Source of the DNA: Sulfuricella sp.
GTDB taxonomy: Bacteria; Pseudomonadota; Gammaproteobacteria; Burkholderiales; Sulfuricellaceae
Reading direction: 5' to 3'
NCBI GenBank assembly: GCA_028714955.1
Contig: JAQTLK010000004.1
Coordinates: forward strand, 709 to 64,708
DNA length: 64,000 nucleotides
Below the pieces are notes generated by a model, which did no database searches, was not told where the DNA came from, and saw only the letters and a list, made by a program, of their open reading frames with translations. Shown here in pieces: positions 27,872-37,168 of this stretch. Position numbers and translations under genes: made by a program. Numbering within the stretch: the first letter of the stretch is position 1; every line of letters starts with the position of its first letter.

Positions 27872-29920
27872 TCATTCCTTTAGCAGGCGCGCGAGTTGTT
27901 CCTTGTGGCGAGCGAATTCCTTTTCGAAATCCATCGTCTTGCGGTTGGTCGACATGGCGAACAATACTGTTCCAGCCTGTCGTTTGACCAGCAACCAGAT
28001 GCGGCGTTCCCTGACATAGAACATGAAGAAAACGCCCAGAACCAGCAGCGCCGAGCCACCGTAAACGATGTTTTTGCCGGGGGAGCGGGTAAGCTGCAGT
28101 CCGCTCGCCAGCACTTCATCGAACTGGGAGAGCTGCAGGTACGCAGGTGCGCCGTAGCTGAACAGGTCGCTGGTCGTATTGAGGCTGTCGCGCACGAAGC
28201 GCAGGGTATTGTCATCCATCACCGCCGGCTGGCCGGCTTTGGCCTGGGTGATTCGCCAGGCCGAAACCGCCGCGCTTTCGAGAACCTTGAGATAGGTCTG
28301 GGCCGCCTTTTCCTGCTCTGCTGAGGGCACGGATTTTTCGATGAATTTAGCCAGGGCATCGTAGCCGCCGGCGGCGAAAATATCCAGCACCTTGACAGTG
28401 CTTGCCACCAGCTTGTCCTTCATGGAAGCGCTGATCCTTTCCCCTTGCAGCGCAAAATCGGCAAATTGGTGCGCGATTTCGGGGTGGGCCTGCTTATCCA
28501 TCAGCATGGCGCGCAGACGCATGAAGCCGTCGATCCGGTTTTGTCCGTCAAGCGGGAAGCGAACGTAGCGGAACGGCTCGTTGGGTGCCTCGCGCATGCC
28601 GGACAGCAGGTACCAGCGGTCATCCAGCAGGATCGGCAGCATGTAGTTGAAATACTCCCGTGCCTGGCCCTGGGCATCTCGGATTTTGTACTGAAAGCTC
28701 GGCCCGACATTGCGCAGGTCCTTCTTCGTCGATTTGGCGCTGCCGGTTTTCAGGTACTTGAGCAGGTTTTGCCAGCCACTGGCCATGTCGCCATTTTCAC
28801 TAGCGAAATTCTCGATATTGAACTTGCGAAATTCCGTGAACTCGACGCTGTAGGTCGCATTGCCATTGGATAGTTGCGATGCCTGCTTGACCACGCCATG
28901 CATGGTGAAGGGTTGGGAGGAGGGGCTGAACAGGTTCCACCCATTCATGGTCAGGCGGGTTCCGCCATCGCCGAAACTGGCCTGATAAATGGCGATGCCC
29001 TTGTAAATCAGCGGATGATTGACGCGGATGGTTTGCGAGAGTGTCTCATGCGTCGTTTTGTCCGTGATGGTGATGTCGCTTTCAAACGACTTGGGCTGGC
29101 CAGTGGGGTAGTGTTCGATGCGGAATTTCTTCAGCGTGATGTCGAATGGCAGGTCCTGCACCAGATAGCCGTCGGCGATATTGAGAAATACCACGTCGGC
29201 GGAGCTGCCTTCCGGAATCGTCACGCCACCGCGAAAGGAGAGATTGGCGGGAGAGAGCCGGCTTGCGGCGGGGATTTCTCCTAGCGGCAGGTCGCGCGTC
29301 TCGATCTTCTTCCAGCCAATGAGTTGTTCCACCTTGAGCGGGAGATTGCCGTCGATCAGTCCACCCAGGCAGATGATGACAATCGCGGCGTGAGTAAGCA
29401 CGTAGCCGAGGCGGTGATAGCTGCCGGTCTTTGCGGCAACGAGAATGTCGCCGGATCCGCTGGGCGCGCCTATCCTGGCATGGAAGCCCTGCCCCTGGAG
29501 GTACTGGCTTAAACGGTTTTGCAATGCGTCGGGTGGTACGTGGCTGGCAAATTCTGCCTGGTGCGAAAAGGCGCGCAGCGAGATTTCCGTGGCGTGTTCG
29601 CGAAACGAGCGCATTTCGCGCAGCATCAGGGGCGTGTTGCGGAAGATGCACATGCCGGTGGAGAGGATCAGAAACGCCAGAATGGCGAGAAACCAGCCGG
29701 AGTGGTATACGTCGTAGAGTCCCAGAAACTCGAACACCTGGAACCAGAACTGTCCGAACTGGATGACGTAGTTCGAATAAGGTTCGTTCTGCTTGAGCAC
29801 GGTGCCGATTACGGAGGCGATCGCCAGCACGGTGAGCAGGCTGATGGCCAGGCGCATCGAGCTTAGCAACTCATAGGCATTTTGCGTCAAGCGACGGTGA
29901 TAGGCGTTTGGAGGGTTCAC
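27872..29920 (-). CDS. resB: System II cytochrome c biogenesis protein (ResB/Ccs1)
   Basis: LSSMRLAISLL...IGTVLKQ, GYVLTHAAIVII, VNHPLIYKGIAIYQAS, SPGKNIVY. Confidence 0.93.
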   Translation of the reverse strand: MNPPNAYHRRLTQNAYELLSSMRLAISLLTVLAIASVIGTVLKQNEPYSNYVIQFGQFWFQVFEFLGLYDVYHSGWFLAILAFLILSTGMCIFRNTPLMLREMRSFREHATEISLRAFSHQAEFASHVPPDALQNRLSQYLQGQGFHARIGAPSGSGDILVAAKTGSYHRLGYVLTHAAIVIICLGGLIDGNLPLKVEQLIGWKKIETRDLPLGEIPAASRLSPANLSFRGGVTIPEGSSADVVFLNIADGYLVQDLPFDITLKKFRIEHYPTGQPKSFESDITITDKTTHETLSQTIRVNHPLIYKGIAIYQASFGDGGTRLTMNGWNLFSPSSQPFTMHGVVKQASQLSNGNATYSVEFTEFRKFNIENFASENGDMASGWQNLLKYLKTGSAKSTKKDLRNVGPSFQYKIRDAQGQAREYFNYMLPILLDDRWYLLSGMREAPNEPFRYVRFPLDGQNRIDGFMRLRAMLMDKQAHPEIAHQFADFALQGERISASMKDKLVASTVKVLDIFAAGGYDALAKFIEKSVPSAEQEKAAQTYLKVLESAAVSAWRITQAKAGQPAVMDDNTLRFVRDSLNTTSDLFSYGAPAYLQLSQFDEVLASGLQLTRSPGKNIVYGGSALLVLGVFFMFYVRERRIWLLVKRQAGTVLFAMSTNRKTMDFEKEFARHKEQLARLLKE

Positions 29921-29950
29921 GTTTTAATCAGTAATTAGTCATGTGCGGAC

Positions 29951-29980
29951 AAAAAAGGGTGACATCACTGTCACCCTTTT
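29951..29980 (-). terminator. Intrinsic terminator between cytochrome c4 and resB
   Basis: aaaagggtgaca-tcac-tgtcaccctttt; T-tract follows the stem on the minus strand. Confidence 0.75.
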
Positions 29981-30008
29981 GATTTGCTGCTGTCGGCCGC
30001 TTGTAATG

Positions 30009-30632
30009 CTAGTTGAGGCCGGAAATGTATTCCGCCACTGCCTTCATTTCCTGGTCTGTCATCTTGGAAGCGATAACGCGCATCATTTTGGCGCCGTCAT
30101 TGGCGCGCTCGCCGCTCCAGAAGCTCTTCAGCTGGGTCAGGACGTATTCCGCATGCTGACCGGCCAGGCGAGGAAACTGTACCGGGATGCCGGCGCCGCT
30201 CGGGCCGTGGCAGGCTGCGCAGGCGGGCACGCCGCTAGCCTGATTGCCGCCCTTGTAGAGTTTTTGGCCCGCGGCTGCCAGGTTCTTGTCCTTGGCGTTG
30301 CCGGGAGCGGGTTTCTGTGCGCCGAAATATACGCCCAGGCTTTTCATGTCCTCTGGCGACAGGGTGGCGACCATGCCGGCCATAATGGGATTAACACGTG
30401 CACCGGATTTGAAGTCGGCAAGTTGCTTGTTGATGTATTCGGGTATCTGTCCGGCCAGTTTCGGGTTGGCGGCTACGACGCTGTTACCATCAGCGGCATG
30501 ACAGGCAACGCAAACTGTCGTTGCGATCTGTTGCGCCTTGGCAGGGTCCCCCTTGGCGGCAGTTTCTTCTGCCAGCGCTGAAGACGCGACCATTGCTCCC
30601 GCTATCGCCACCATCGCCACGGTTTGTTTCAT
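30009..30632 (-). CDS. Diheme cytochrome c4
   Basis: Signal peptide, CVACH and CAACH, PKLAGQ / FPRLAGQ; AGGAG RBS before ATG 30632. Confidence 0.93.
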   Translation of the reverse strand: MKQTVAMVAIAGAMVASSALAEETAAKGDPAKAQQIATTVCVACHAADGNSVVAANPKLAGQIPEYINKQLADFKSGARVNPIMAGMVATLSPEDMKSLGVYFGAQKPAPGNAKDKNLAAAGQKLYKGGNQASGVPACAACHGPSGAGIPVQFPRLAGQHAEYVLTQLKSFWSGERANDGAKMMRVIASKMTDQEMKAVAEYISGLN

Positions 30633-30725
30633 TCTTGGACTCCTTGACAAGTTCTTTTGACTTAAAAAACGGTAATTCTATACCAAGACTTAAGATATCA
30701 TGCCACTTTGAACGAAAAATTTTCC

Positions 30726-31352
30726 ATGGCCCTTTTCCAGCACGTCAAGTTTTTTATTTCGGCGCATGATTTGCGCGATTTGCCCCCCTCCAGCGGCATG
30801 GAAGTTGCCTTCGCCGGGCGCTCCAATGCGGGTAAGTCGAGTGCGATCAACACGCTGGCCAATCGCACCCGGCTCGCCTTCGTCAGCAAAACACCGGGCC
30901 GCACCCAACTGATCAATTTCTTTCGGCTCGGCGAAGAAGGAGAGGATCGCTATCTGGTGGATTTGCCCGGTTACGGTTATGCCGCCGTGCCGGAAAAAAT
31001 CCGCCTTCACTGGCGCGGCGTGTTGAGCACCTACCTGCAGACCCGATCCTCGTTGCGTGGCCTGGTGCTGATCATGGATATCCGCCGCCCCCTCACCGAT
31101 CTGGACCGGCAGATGCTATCGTGGTTCCAGTATACCGGCAACCCGGTGCATGTGCTGCTGACCAAGGCCGACAAACTCAACCGGCAACAGGCCCAGGCGG
31201 TGTTGCGCACGGTAAAAAAGGAATTGGCGGAGATTTACCCAGGCGCGACCGCCCAGTTATTTTCCAGCTCAAAACATCAAGGCATGGAAGAAGCGGAGCG
31301 CGTGATCGGCAAATGGTTCGAACTGGCCGGGGAAGATCAGACGCAAGACTGA
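30726..31352 (+). CDS. engB: Ribosome-biogenesis GTPase EngB/YihA
   Basis: [38 protein letters not shown]. Confidence 0.96.
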   Translation: MALFQHVKFFISAHDLRDLPPSSGMEVAFAGRSNAGKSSAINTLANRTRLAFVSKTPGRTQLINFFRLGEEGEDRYLVDLPGYGYAAVPEKIRLHWRGVLSTYLQTRSSLRGLVLIMDIRRPLTDLDRQMLSWFQYTGNPVHVLLTKADKLNRQQAQAVLRTVKKELAEIYPGATAQLFSSSKHQGMEEAERVIGKWFELAGEDQTQD

Positions 31353-31416
31353 AAGCGCCCGCTATCCGGTATTTACAAAATGCCGCGTGTAATGAAGCGC
31401 TGCTTCATGATTCTGG

Positions 31417-31535
31417 TTAACCCAGATTATCAATTAGCGCACGTAGGGCGGCTTTAGCCGCCCATGGGCGAATGAATTCGCCCCTACGGCGTATCGTTCT
31501 GCAAAAATCAGGGCTAATGGATTATCTGGGGTTAA
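31417..31535. mobile_element. TTAA-bounded inverted-repeat element containing a GTAG-type REP doublet
   Basis: Arms ttaacccagattatcaattagc / gctaatggattatctggggttaa; inner gtagggcggctttagccgccc and gggcgaatgaattcgcccctac (31443-31487). Confidence 0.65.
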
Positions 31536-31915
31536 TGCAACACCCGCGGTATCGCCAGAGAAAACTCCGCCACCCGGGCTTCGAAATGCGTGCCGTCCTC
31601 GGCTACCATCTGGTAGCTGCCACGCATGGTGCCCACCGGTGTTGCCAAAGACGTGCCGCTGGTATATTCGAAGCGCTCGCCCGGACGTAGCAAGGGCTGT
31701 TCGCCGATTACGCCGAGCCCACGCACTTCCTGCACCTGGTTTTCCGCATCGGTAATGATCCAGTGCCGGCTGACGAGTTGTGCCGCCTCGGTCCCGGTGT
31801 TGTTGATGGAAATGGTATAGGCAAAAACATAACGCCCGGCGCCCTCATCCGACTGGTCTGGAAGATAGGTGGCTTCGGTATCCACCTGGATTTCATATTT
31901 TTTGCTGTCTGCCAT
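31532..31915 (-). CDS. apaG: ApaG protein
   Basis: YVFAYTISINN, QLVSRHWIITDA, VRGLGVIGEQP, GTMRGSYQM. Confidence 0.95.
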   Translation of the reverse strand: MADSKKYEIQVDTEATYLPDQSDEGAGRYVFAYTISINNTGTEAAQLVSRHWIITDAENQVQEVRGLGVIGEQPLLRPGERFEYTSGTSLATPVGTMRGSYQMVAEDGTHFEARVAEFSLAIPRVLH

Positions 31916-32041
31916 AGAGCCATTATTGCACACGAATTTGACTTATCAGGCAAGAGAATCATTATTACCTCATCGAATAAGGACAGAGTCCATTGCGATA
32001 CTTCGCAACGGGGACGATATGCGGTAAAATGCGCCGACTTC

Positions 32042-32117
32042 GGGGGCATAGCTCAGCTGGGAGAGCGTCTGGTTCGCAATCAGAAGGTCGGGAGTTCGAT
32101 CCTCCCTGTCTCCACCA
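32042..32117 (+). tRNA. tRNA-Ala (CGC)
   Basis: Cloverleaf, G3:U70 pair, anticodon loop TTCGCAA, GTTCGATC T-loop, encoded CCA. Confidence 0.96.
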
Positions 32118-32124
32118 TCATTTC

Positions 32125-32151
32125 AAAGCCCGGACATGCTCCGGGCTTTTT
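32125..32151 (+). terminator. Intrinsic terminator of tRNA-Ala
   Basis: aaagcccgga-catgc-tccgggcttttt. Confidence 0.88.
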
Positions 32152-32156
32152 GCTGC

Positions 32157-32805
32157 GTGCGCCAGGCATGGCGCTGTTTTCTCCGCTGTGGTGGCGGGGA
32201 GAATGACTAGAAGGTGAAAGTCCTTTACACACCCGGCAAGGGGAAGTGTTAGCCGAACGGCAAGGGTGTCCGTCGCAAGGCGGAATCTGAAGGAAGCCGT
32301 AGGCAAAGTGCTGGCCTGACGAACAGGAAGCGGATAGAGGCGGCGTAGCGGGGTAAGCAGGCGCATATCTGTAAAGCCCGATACTTGCACGGAACGCTAC
32401 GACGTAGATCCGACAGGCATAAGCATGAAGGTCGCGCGAATTACCCTGGGAGGCCCGTCGGCCTGCCTTGTGCTACTGACATCGCAAGGTGTCGGGATGG
32501 GATGATGGGAGTCAGCCGAGGCCATAGTAGTGGCTCTGACCAAGCCGCGAAGGGCTGAACCTGCCATGAGCGGAAAGGTGGCTATCTCTCCGTGAAGTCT
32601 GGACAGTTGTCCCGAGAGGGAGCTGGCGACAGAGCACTAGGGGCCGGAAGCCTCGAAGGCGGTCGCAGCGTCTATAGGCTAACGGGCGAATAGTCCTCGG
32701 GACGTAAGCTCAACCCAGCAATGGGAGGCAGGAACCGCCGGATACGTGATCCGTACGTCCGGTGGTGTGGGAGGACGGCGGGGGTGACCCCGCCTCCTAC
32801 CCGAT
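32157..32805 (+). ncRNA. Class C (IIC) group II intron lacking an RT ORF (649 nt)
   Basis: 5' GTGCG; DI ggtgaaagtcc and ccctgggagg; DIII gagtcagccgaggccatagtag...gaagggctgaac; DV gaaccgccggatacgtgatccgtacgtccggtggtgtg with CGC triad and AC bulge; DVI with bulged A ending ctacccgat; inserted 5 nt after a terminator. Confidence 0.93.
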
Positions 32806-33100
32806 CCGCCGCGCCAGTGCTGGCGCGGCTTTCGGCAGGGTCTGGTGTTTCGCTATCGCCACATCAGTGAATTATTCCGACTACCTGGCTTCAGAGGACT
32901 CTCTTCTTTCCATTCGACCGGTGGCTGGCCAAACGTCCATAGGGGCCGATAGCTTGGTACTTCTGGGAGAGAAATCGTGCTGATGAAAAATGTCCCTACC
33001 TCGAATGAGATAGGGACATGGTTAATTGGCGGTCAACCAGCAACACGTTGGCTCAGCGCCTTGGTTTCCCCGCCCTTTTTAAGGGCGCGGCCGCTGCGTA

Positions 33101-34510
33101 TTACAGGCTGTAATACATGGCGAATTCGACCGGGTGAGTGGTCATGCGGAAGCGGGTGACTTCTTCCATCTTCAGTTCGATGTAGGCATCGATCCAGTCA
33201 TTGGAGAACACGCCGCCACGGGTCAGGAACTCGCGGTCCTTGTCGAGGTAGTCCAGCGCCTGGTCGAGCGAGGAGCACACGGTCGGGATCAGCTTTTCTT
33301 CTTCCGGCGGCAGGTCGTACAGGTTCTTGTCCATGGCATCGCCAGGATGAATCTTGTTCTGGATGCCGTCGAGGCCGGCCATCAGCAGTGCGGAGAAGCA
33401 CAGGTAGGGGTTGGCGGAAGGGTCCGGGAAACGGGTCTCGATGCGGCGGCCCTTGTCGCTGGCCACGTGCGGTATGCGGATCGAAGCGGAGCGGTTTTTG
33501 GCGGAGTAGGCCAGCATCACCGGGGCTTCGAAGCCGGGCACCAGGCGTTTGTAGGAATTGGTGCCAGGATTGGTGATCGCGTTCAGAGCACGAGCGTGTT
33601 TGATGATGCCGCCAATGTAGTACAGGGCGGTCTCGGACAGGCCGCCGTAGCCGTTGCCGGCGAACAGGTTCTTGCCGTCTTTCCAGATGGACTGGTGCAC
33701 GTGCATGCCGGAACCGTTGTCGCCGACGATGGGCTTGGGCATGAAGGTCGCGGTCTTGCCGTAGGCGTGAGCGACGTTGAATACCACGTATTTCAGGATC
33801 TGGGTCCAGTCGGCGCGTTTCACCAGGGTGCTGAACTTGGTGCCGATTTCGCACTGGCCGGCGGTTGCCACTTCGTGGTGGTGCACTTCGACCGGCACGC
33901 CCATTTCTTCCAGTGCAAGGCACATGGCGGAACGGATGTCCTGGAAAGAATCGACAGGGGGAACGGGGAAATAGCCGCCCTTGATGCCGGGGCGGTGGCC
34001 GGTATTGCCGCCTTCAAAGCTTTCGCTGGACGACCAGGCGGCTTCCTCGGACTCGATTTTCACCGAGGTGCCCGACATGTCGGCATGCCAGGTGACGGAG
34101 TCGAAAATGAAGAATTCTGGTTCCGGGCCGAAGTAGGCCGTGTCGCCGATGCCGGAAGATTTCAGGTAGGCTTCGGCACGCTTGGCGATGGAGCGCGGGC
34201 AGCGGTCGTAGCCCTTGCCGTCGGCGGGTTCGACCACGTCGCAGGAGAGGATCAGGGTGGCTTCATCGAAGAACGGGTCCATGTTGGCCGTATCGGGATC
34301 CGGCATCAACAGCATGTCGGACGCCTGGATGCCCTTCCAGCCGGCAATGGAGGAGCCGTCGAAAGCGTGGCCGCTTTCGAACCAGTCGGCATCCACGACG
34401 TGAGCGGGGATGGAAACGTGCTGTTCCTTGCCGCGAGTGTCGGTAAAACGCAGATCAACGAATTTGACTTCGTTGTCCTTGATCATTTTTAAAACGTCGG
34501 CAACTGCCAT
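33101..34510 (-). CDS. glnA: Glutamine synthetase type I
   Basis: [35 protein letters not shown]. Confidence 0.98.
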   Translation of the reverse strand: MAVADVLKMIKDNEVKFVDLRFTDTRGKEQHVSIPAHVVDADWFESGHAFDGSSIAGWKGIQASDMLLMPDPDTANMDPFFDEATLILSCDVVEPADGKGYDRCPRSIAKRAEAYLKSSGIGDTAYFGPEPEFFIFDSVTWHADMSGTSVKIESEEAAWSSSESFEGGNTGHRPGIKGGYFPVPPVDSFQDIRSAMCLALEEMGVPVEVHHHEVATAGQCEIGTKFSTLVKRADWTQILKYVVFNVAHAYGKTATFMPKPIVGDNGSGMHVHQSIWKDGKNLFAGNGYGGLSETALYYIGGIIKHARALNAITNPGTNSYKRLVPGFEAPVMLAYSAKNRSASIRIPHVASDKGRRIETRFPDPSANPYLCFSALLMAGLDGIQNKIHPGDAMDKNLYDLPPEEEKLIPTVCSSLDQALDYLDKDREFLTRGGVFSNDWIDAYIELKMEEVTRFRMTTHPVEFAMYYSL

Positions 34511-34555
34511 ATTTCTCTCCTACGAACGAATGGTAAAAAAATTCATGCGCTTCAA

Positions 34556-34571
34556 AGCACGAAGCATGCCA
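34556..34571 (-). promoter_or_regulatory. sigma54 promoter of glnA
   Basis: Minus strand TGGCATGCTTCGTGCT (GG-N10-GC). Confidence 0.8.
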
Positions 34572-34632
34572 TTAAATAAATCTTAATTAATCATTGTGAC
34601 ACAGACAGTTAAAATCCGGGCAAAAAAATGCT

Positions 34633-34680
34633 TGCCCTAGGATGGTGCGGCAGCTTCTTTTTTTGCGCCACTATGGTGCG
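34633..34680. promoter_or_regulatory. Two NtrC-type boxes
   Basis: TGCCCTA-gga-TGGTGCG (34633-34649) and TGCGCCA-cta-TGGTGCG (34664-34680) against TGCACCA-N3-TGGTGCA; 31 bp apart. Confidence 0.8.
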
Positions 34681-35837
34681 TGCCGGCGCAATTCGATGGT
34701 ACGAAAAATGCCATTTTCTGCCTCAATCCTTGCAATTTCGGCTTTCAATCCAGTTATTCTTTCTGCTTGCCAGGTCGCTGGATCGGCAAGCAGAATCTCG
34801 GCGTCCACCTTGCCGCCCAGGTAGTGCAGGACGATCCTGTCTGCTGGCGGCAGGCTGGTGCCCAGCCGCTGGCTGAGCAGGCGCAACAGCTCTTCGCGCG
34901 GCGGCAGGTGTATGCTGCGTTTGACCGCCGAATCATCTTCCGGGTCGATGTGCACCATCACGTCGAGTGCGGCATGCGCCTTGAGCACGCGCGCGCGTGC
35001 GGTTTCTGCCACGTAATGCCCTTCCGACACGCTGATTTTCGGATCGACCAGCACGTGCGCGTCGACCAGCGCGCGGTCGCCCATGCGGCGCGTGCGCAGT
35101 TCGTGCAGGCCCTTTACGCCGGGTGTCGCCAGCAAGGTGCCACGGATGGCCGCGACTTCCTGTTCGTCCAGGCTGGTGTCGATCAGTTCCATGAGGGACT
35201 GATAGGCCTGCTTCCAGCCCATGCGGAAAATCATCGCCGCCACCAGAGCGGCCGCCAGCAGGTCGAGAGAAGTCACTCCGTAGAGATTGCCGGCAATGCC
35301 CGCTACCACGATCAGCGACGAGGCCGCATCGGAGCGAGCGTGCCAGGCGTTGGCTTCGAGCATGCGCGAGTGGAGTTTGCGCGCCACGTGCAGCATGTAG
35401 CGGAACAGCCCTTCCTTGGCGGCCAGCGTGAGGACGGCGATCCACAAGGTCATGACATGCACCCTCTGGATGACGGATGGATCCTGGAGGCGTTGTGCCG
35501 CGCCCCACAACAGGGCGGCGCCAGTCCCCATCAGGATCGCGCCCAGCACCAGGGTGGTGGCGGTTTCGATGCGCGCATGGCCATAAGGATGTTCCCTGTC
35601 CGCGTCCTTTGACCCGTGGCGGTTGGCGAACAGCACCAGGAAATCGCACAGCAGGTCGGACAGGGAATGCATGCCGTCGGCCACCAGCGCGGAGGATTTG
35701 CCGATAATGCCGATCACGATCTGCAACAGGGTCAGCGCGACATTCACGCCGACGCTGACCAGCGTGACTTTTTTCGCTGCATGGTAGCGCCGTCCCGCGC
35801 CCTCGTGCGAGCTGGTTTTTACGTCATGTTTTTCCAC
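34671..35837 (-). CDS. Cation diffusion facilitator (FieF-like)
   Basis: ALVADGMHSLSD, HPYGHARIE, NAWHARSDA, MVHIDPE; GGAG RBS before GTG 35837. Confidence 0.92.
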   Translation of the reverse strand: MEKHDVKTSSHEGAGRRYHAAKKVTLVSVGVNVALTLLQIVIGIIGKSSALVADGMHSLSDLLCDFLVLFANRHGSKDADREHPYGHARIETATTLVLGAILMGTGAALLWGAAQRLQDPSVIQRVHVMTLWIAVLTLAAKEGLFRYMLHVARKLHSRMLEANAWHARSDAASSLIVVAGIAGNLYGVTSLDLLAAALVAAMIFRMGWKQAYQSLMELIDTSLDEQEVAAIRGTLLATPGVKGLHELRTRRMGDRALVDAHVLVDPKISVSEGHYVAETARARVLKAHAALDVMVHIDPEDDSAVKRSIHLPPREELLRLLSQRLGTSLPPADRIVLHYLGGKVDAEILLADPATWQAERITGLKAEIARIEAENGIFRTIELRRHAP

Positions 35838-35863
35838 AACGGCTCCATCGGACCTGCGCGCTA

Positions 35864-37048
35864 TTATTTTGCCTTGCCGGTTTCGAACGGGTAGCCGGCG
35901 GCTTTCCATTCCGGGTAGCCGCCACGGAACCAGTAGATATTCCTGTAGCCATTGCGCAGCGCCAGCACGGAAGCCTTGTAGCTCTTCCAGCACGGCGTGC
36001 CGTCGCAATAAAGCAGCATGGCGGTATTCTTGTCCTGCGGCAGCCTGGCCAGGTCGAACTTGTCTTCCGCGGCGTCAAACCCGACTTCCTTGGCGCTGAC
36101 TTCATGATAGGTAACCGGCAGCGCGCCCTTGATGTGTCCTTCCAGATATTCCGGCTCGGCGCGCGCATCGATCACGGTCACGCCTTTCGCCACCAGGTCG
36201 CGGGCCTGTTTGGCCTCGACCACGCGCGTGCCGGGCAGTTCTGTGGGCGTGGTATTGAGCATTGAAGAAATCGCGGCAAACTCCTCGCGTCGGGTGGGCG
36301 AGAAAACCATTTTCTTGCTGGCATCGGTTTCCGTTTCAGCGTATTTCAGCAGCGCGCTCCCGATCTTTTTTTCCTGCTCCGGGCTGATTTTCTTGCTGTT
36401 GACGGCAAAAGCCATCTTGGGCGCTTCGGCGGTAGGCTGGATAATCTTGCCCGGATGCGATTTCAACCACTTTCCGGCCAGCGCGGAATCCACGGCGACA
36501 ATATCCATGCTGTTGATTTCGAGCGCAAAAAGTTCAGCCTCCTGGCTACGGAAATAGCGGGCTTCCTGGAAATGCTTCCTGGTCTCGACCGATCTGGAGT
36601 TCAGTTCCCCGCGCACCAGGCCCGCCTGGACGGACTCGAAGGGCGGCAGGCCCAGTTTTGTTCCGACCGCCTCCTTGAGGCTTCGCCATTTCGCATCCTG
36701 TCCCGCGACGAAAACGGCACTCACCACGCCGCCTTCCTTGCATACCGGGTTGTAACCGGCTTTCAGCACGCTGGCGATGGTGTGGGAAGGTGCGATTATC
36801 ATGTCATACTCGCCGCGGCTGGCGCGTTTGGCCGCGGTAAAAGGGCTCGCTACCGGCGTGAAAGTGACGGGGGTGTTCAGTTGTGCGCTCAGAAATTTGG
36901 CCAGCGCCTGATATTTGCCCAATACGTCGGCATCCGCAAAGCGTTCGCTATCCGAAGGCGCCGCAGCCAGTTTCAGGGCTTCTGCAGACCAGGCCGGGCC
37001 CGCGCCCATCGCGGCCAGAAACAAAAACAATGGTATTGCACGTGACAT
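35864..37048 (-). CDS. Secreted PhnD-like solute-binding protein fused to a C-terminal rhodanese domain
   Basis: Signal peptide; type-2 binding-protein pattern (YQALAKFLSAQLNTPV, GEYDMII); rhodanese IDAR..EYLEGHIKGA, YCDGTPCWKS, WFRGGYPEW. Start at ATG 37048. Confidence 0.8.
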   Translation of the reverse strand: MSRAIPLFLFLAAMGAGPAWSAEALKLAAAPSDSERFADADVLGKYQALAKFLSAQLNTPVTFTPVASPFTAAKRASRGEYDMIIAPSHTIASVLKAGYNPVCKEGGVVSAVFVAGQDAKWRSLKEAVGTKLGLPPFESVQAGLVRGELNSRSVETRKHFQEARYFRSQEAELFALEINSMDIVAVDSALAGKWLKSHPGKIIQPTAEAPKMAFAVNSKKISPEQEKKIGSALLKYAETETDASKKMVFSPTRREEFAAISSMLNTTPTELPGTRVVEAKQARDLVAKGVTVIDARAEPEYLEGHIKGALPVTYHEVSAKEVGFDAAEDKFDLARLPQDKNTAMLLYCDGTPCWKSYKASVLALRNGYRNIYWFRGGYPEWKAAGYPFETGKAK

Positions 37049-37168
37049 TATAGACACCCCTTTCAAGACATTTGACCATGCATATAGCTTACCTTGAGAA
37101 AGCCTTAATGCGAAATTCTGCCCTGAGGTAGAATTCGCATCCAGAAAACCGACTCCGCAGAGAATTTC

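Noticed and set aside
32118-32390. 90-aa minus-strand ORF
   Set aside because: Antisense translation of intron domain I; no RBS or protein features.
32561-32731. Possible RT remnant in intron domain IV
   Set aside because: Only a 9-codon ORF (MSGKVAISP) from the nearby ATG; no RT motifs such as YADD seen.
32806-33070. AT-richer spacer after the intron with a roughly 60-codon open frame on the minus strand
   Set aside because: No start or RBS and no recognisable similarity; left unassigned.
33068-33093. Hairpin after glnA as a terminator
   Set aside because: Stem present but no U-tract on the glnA strand.
33134-34492. 452-aa plus-strand ORF
   Set aside because: Shadow of glnA.
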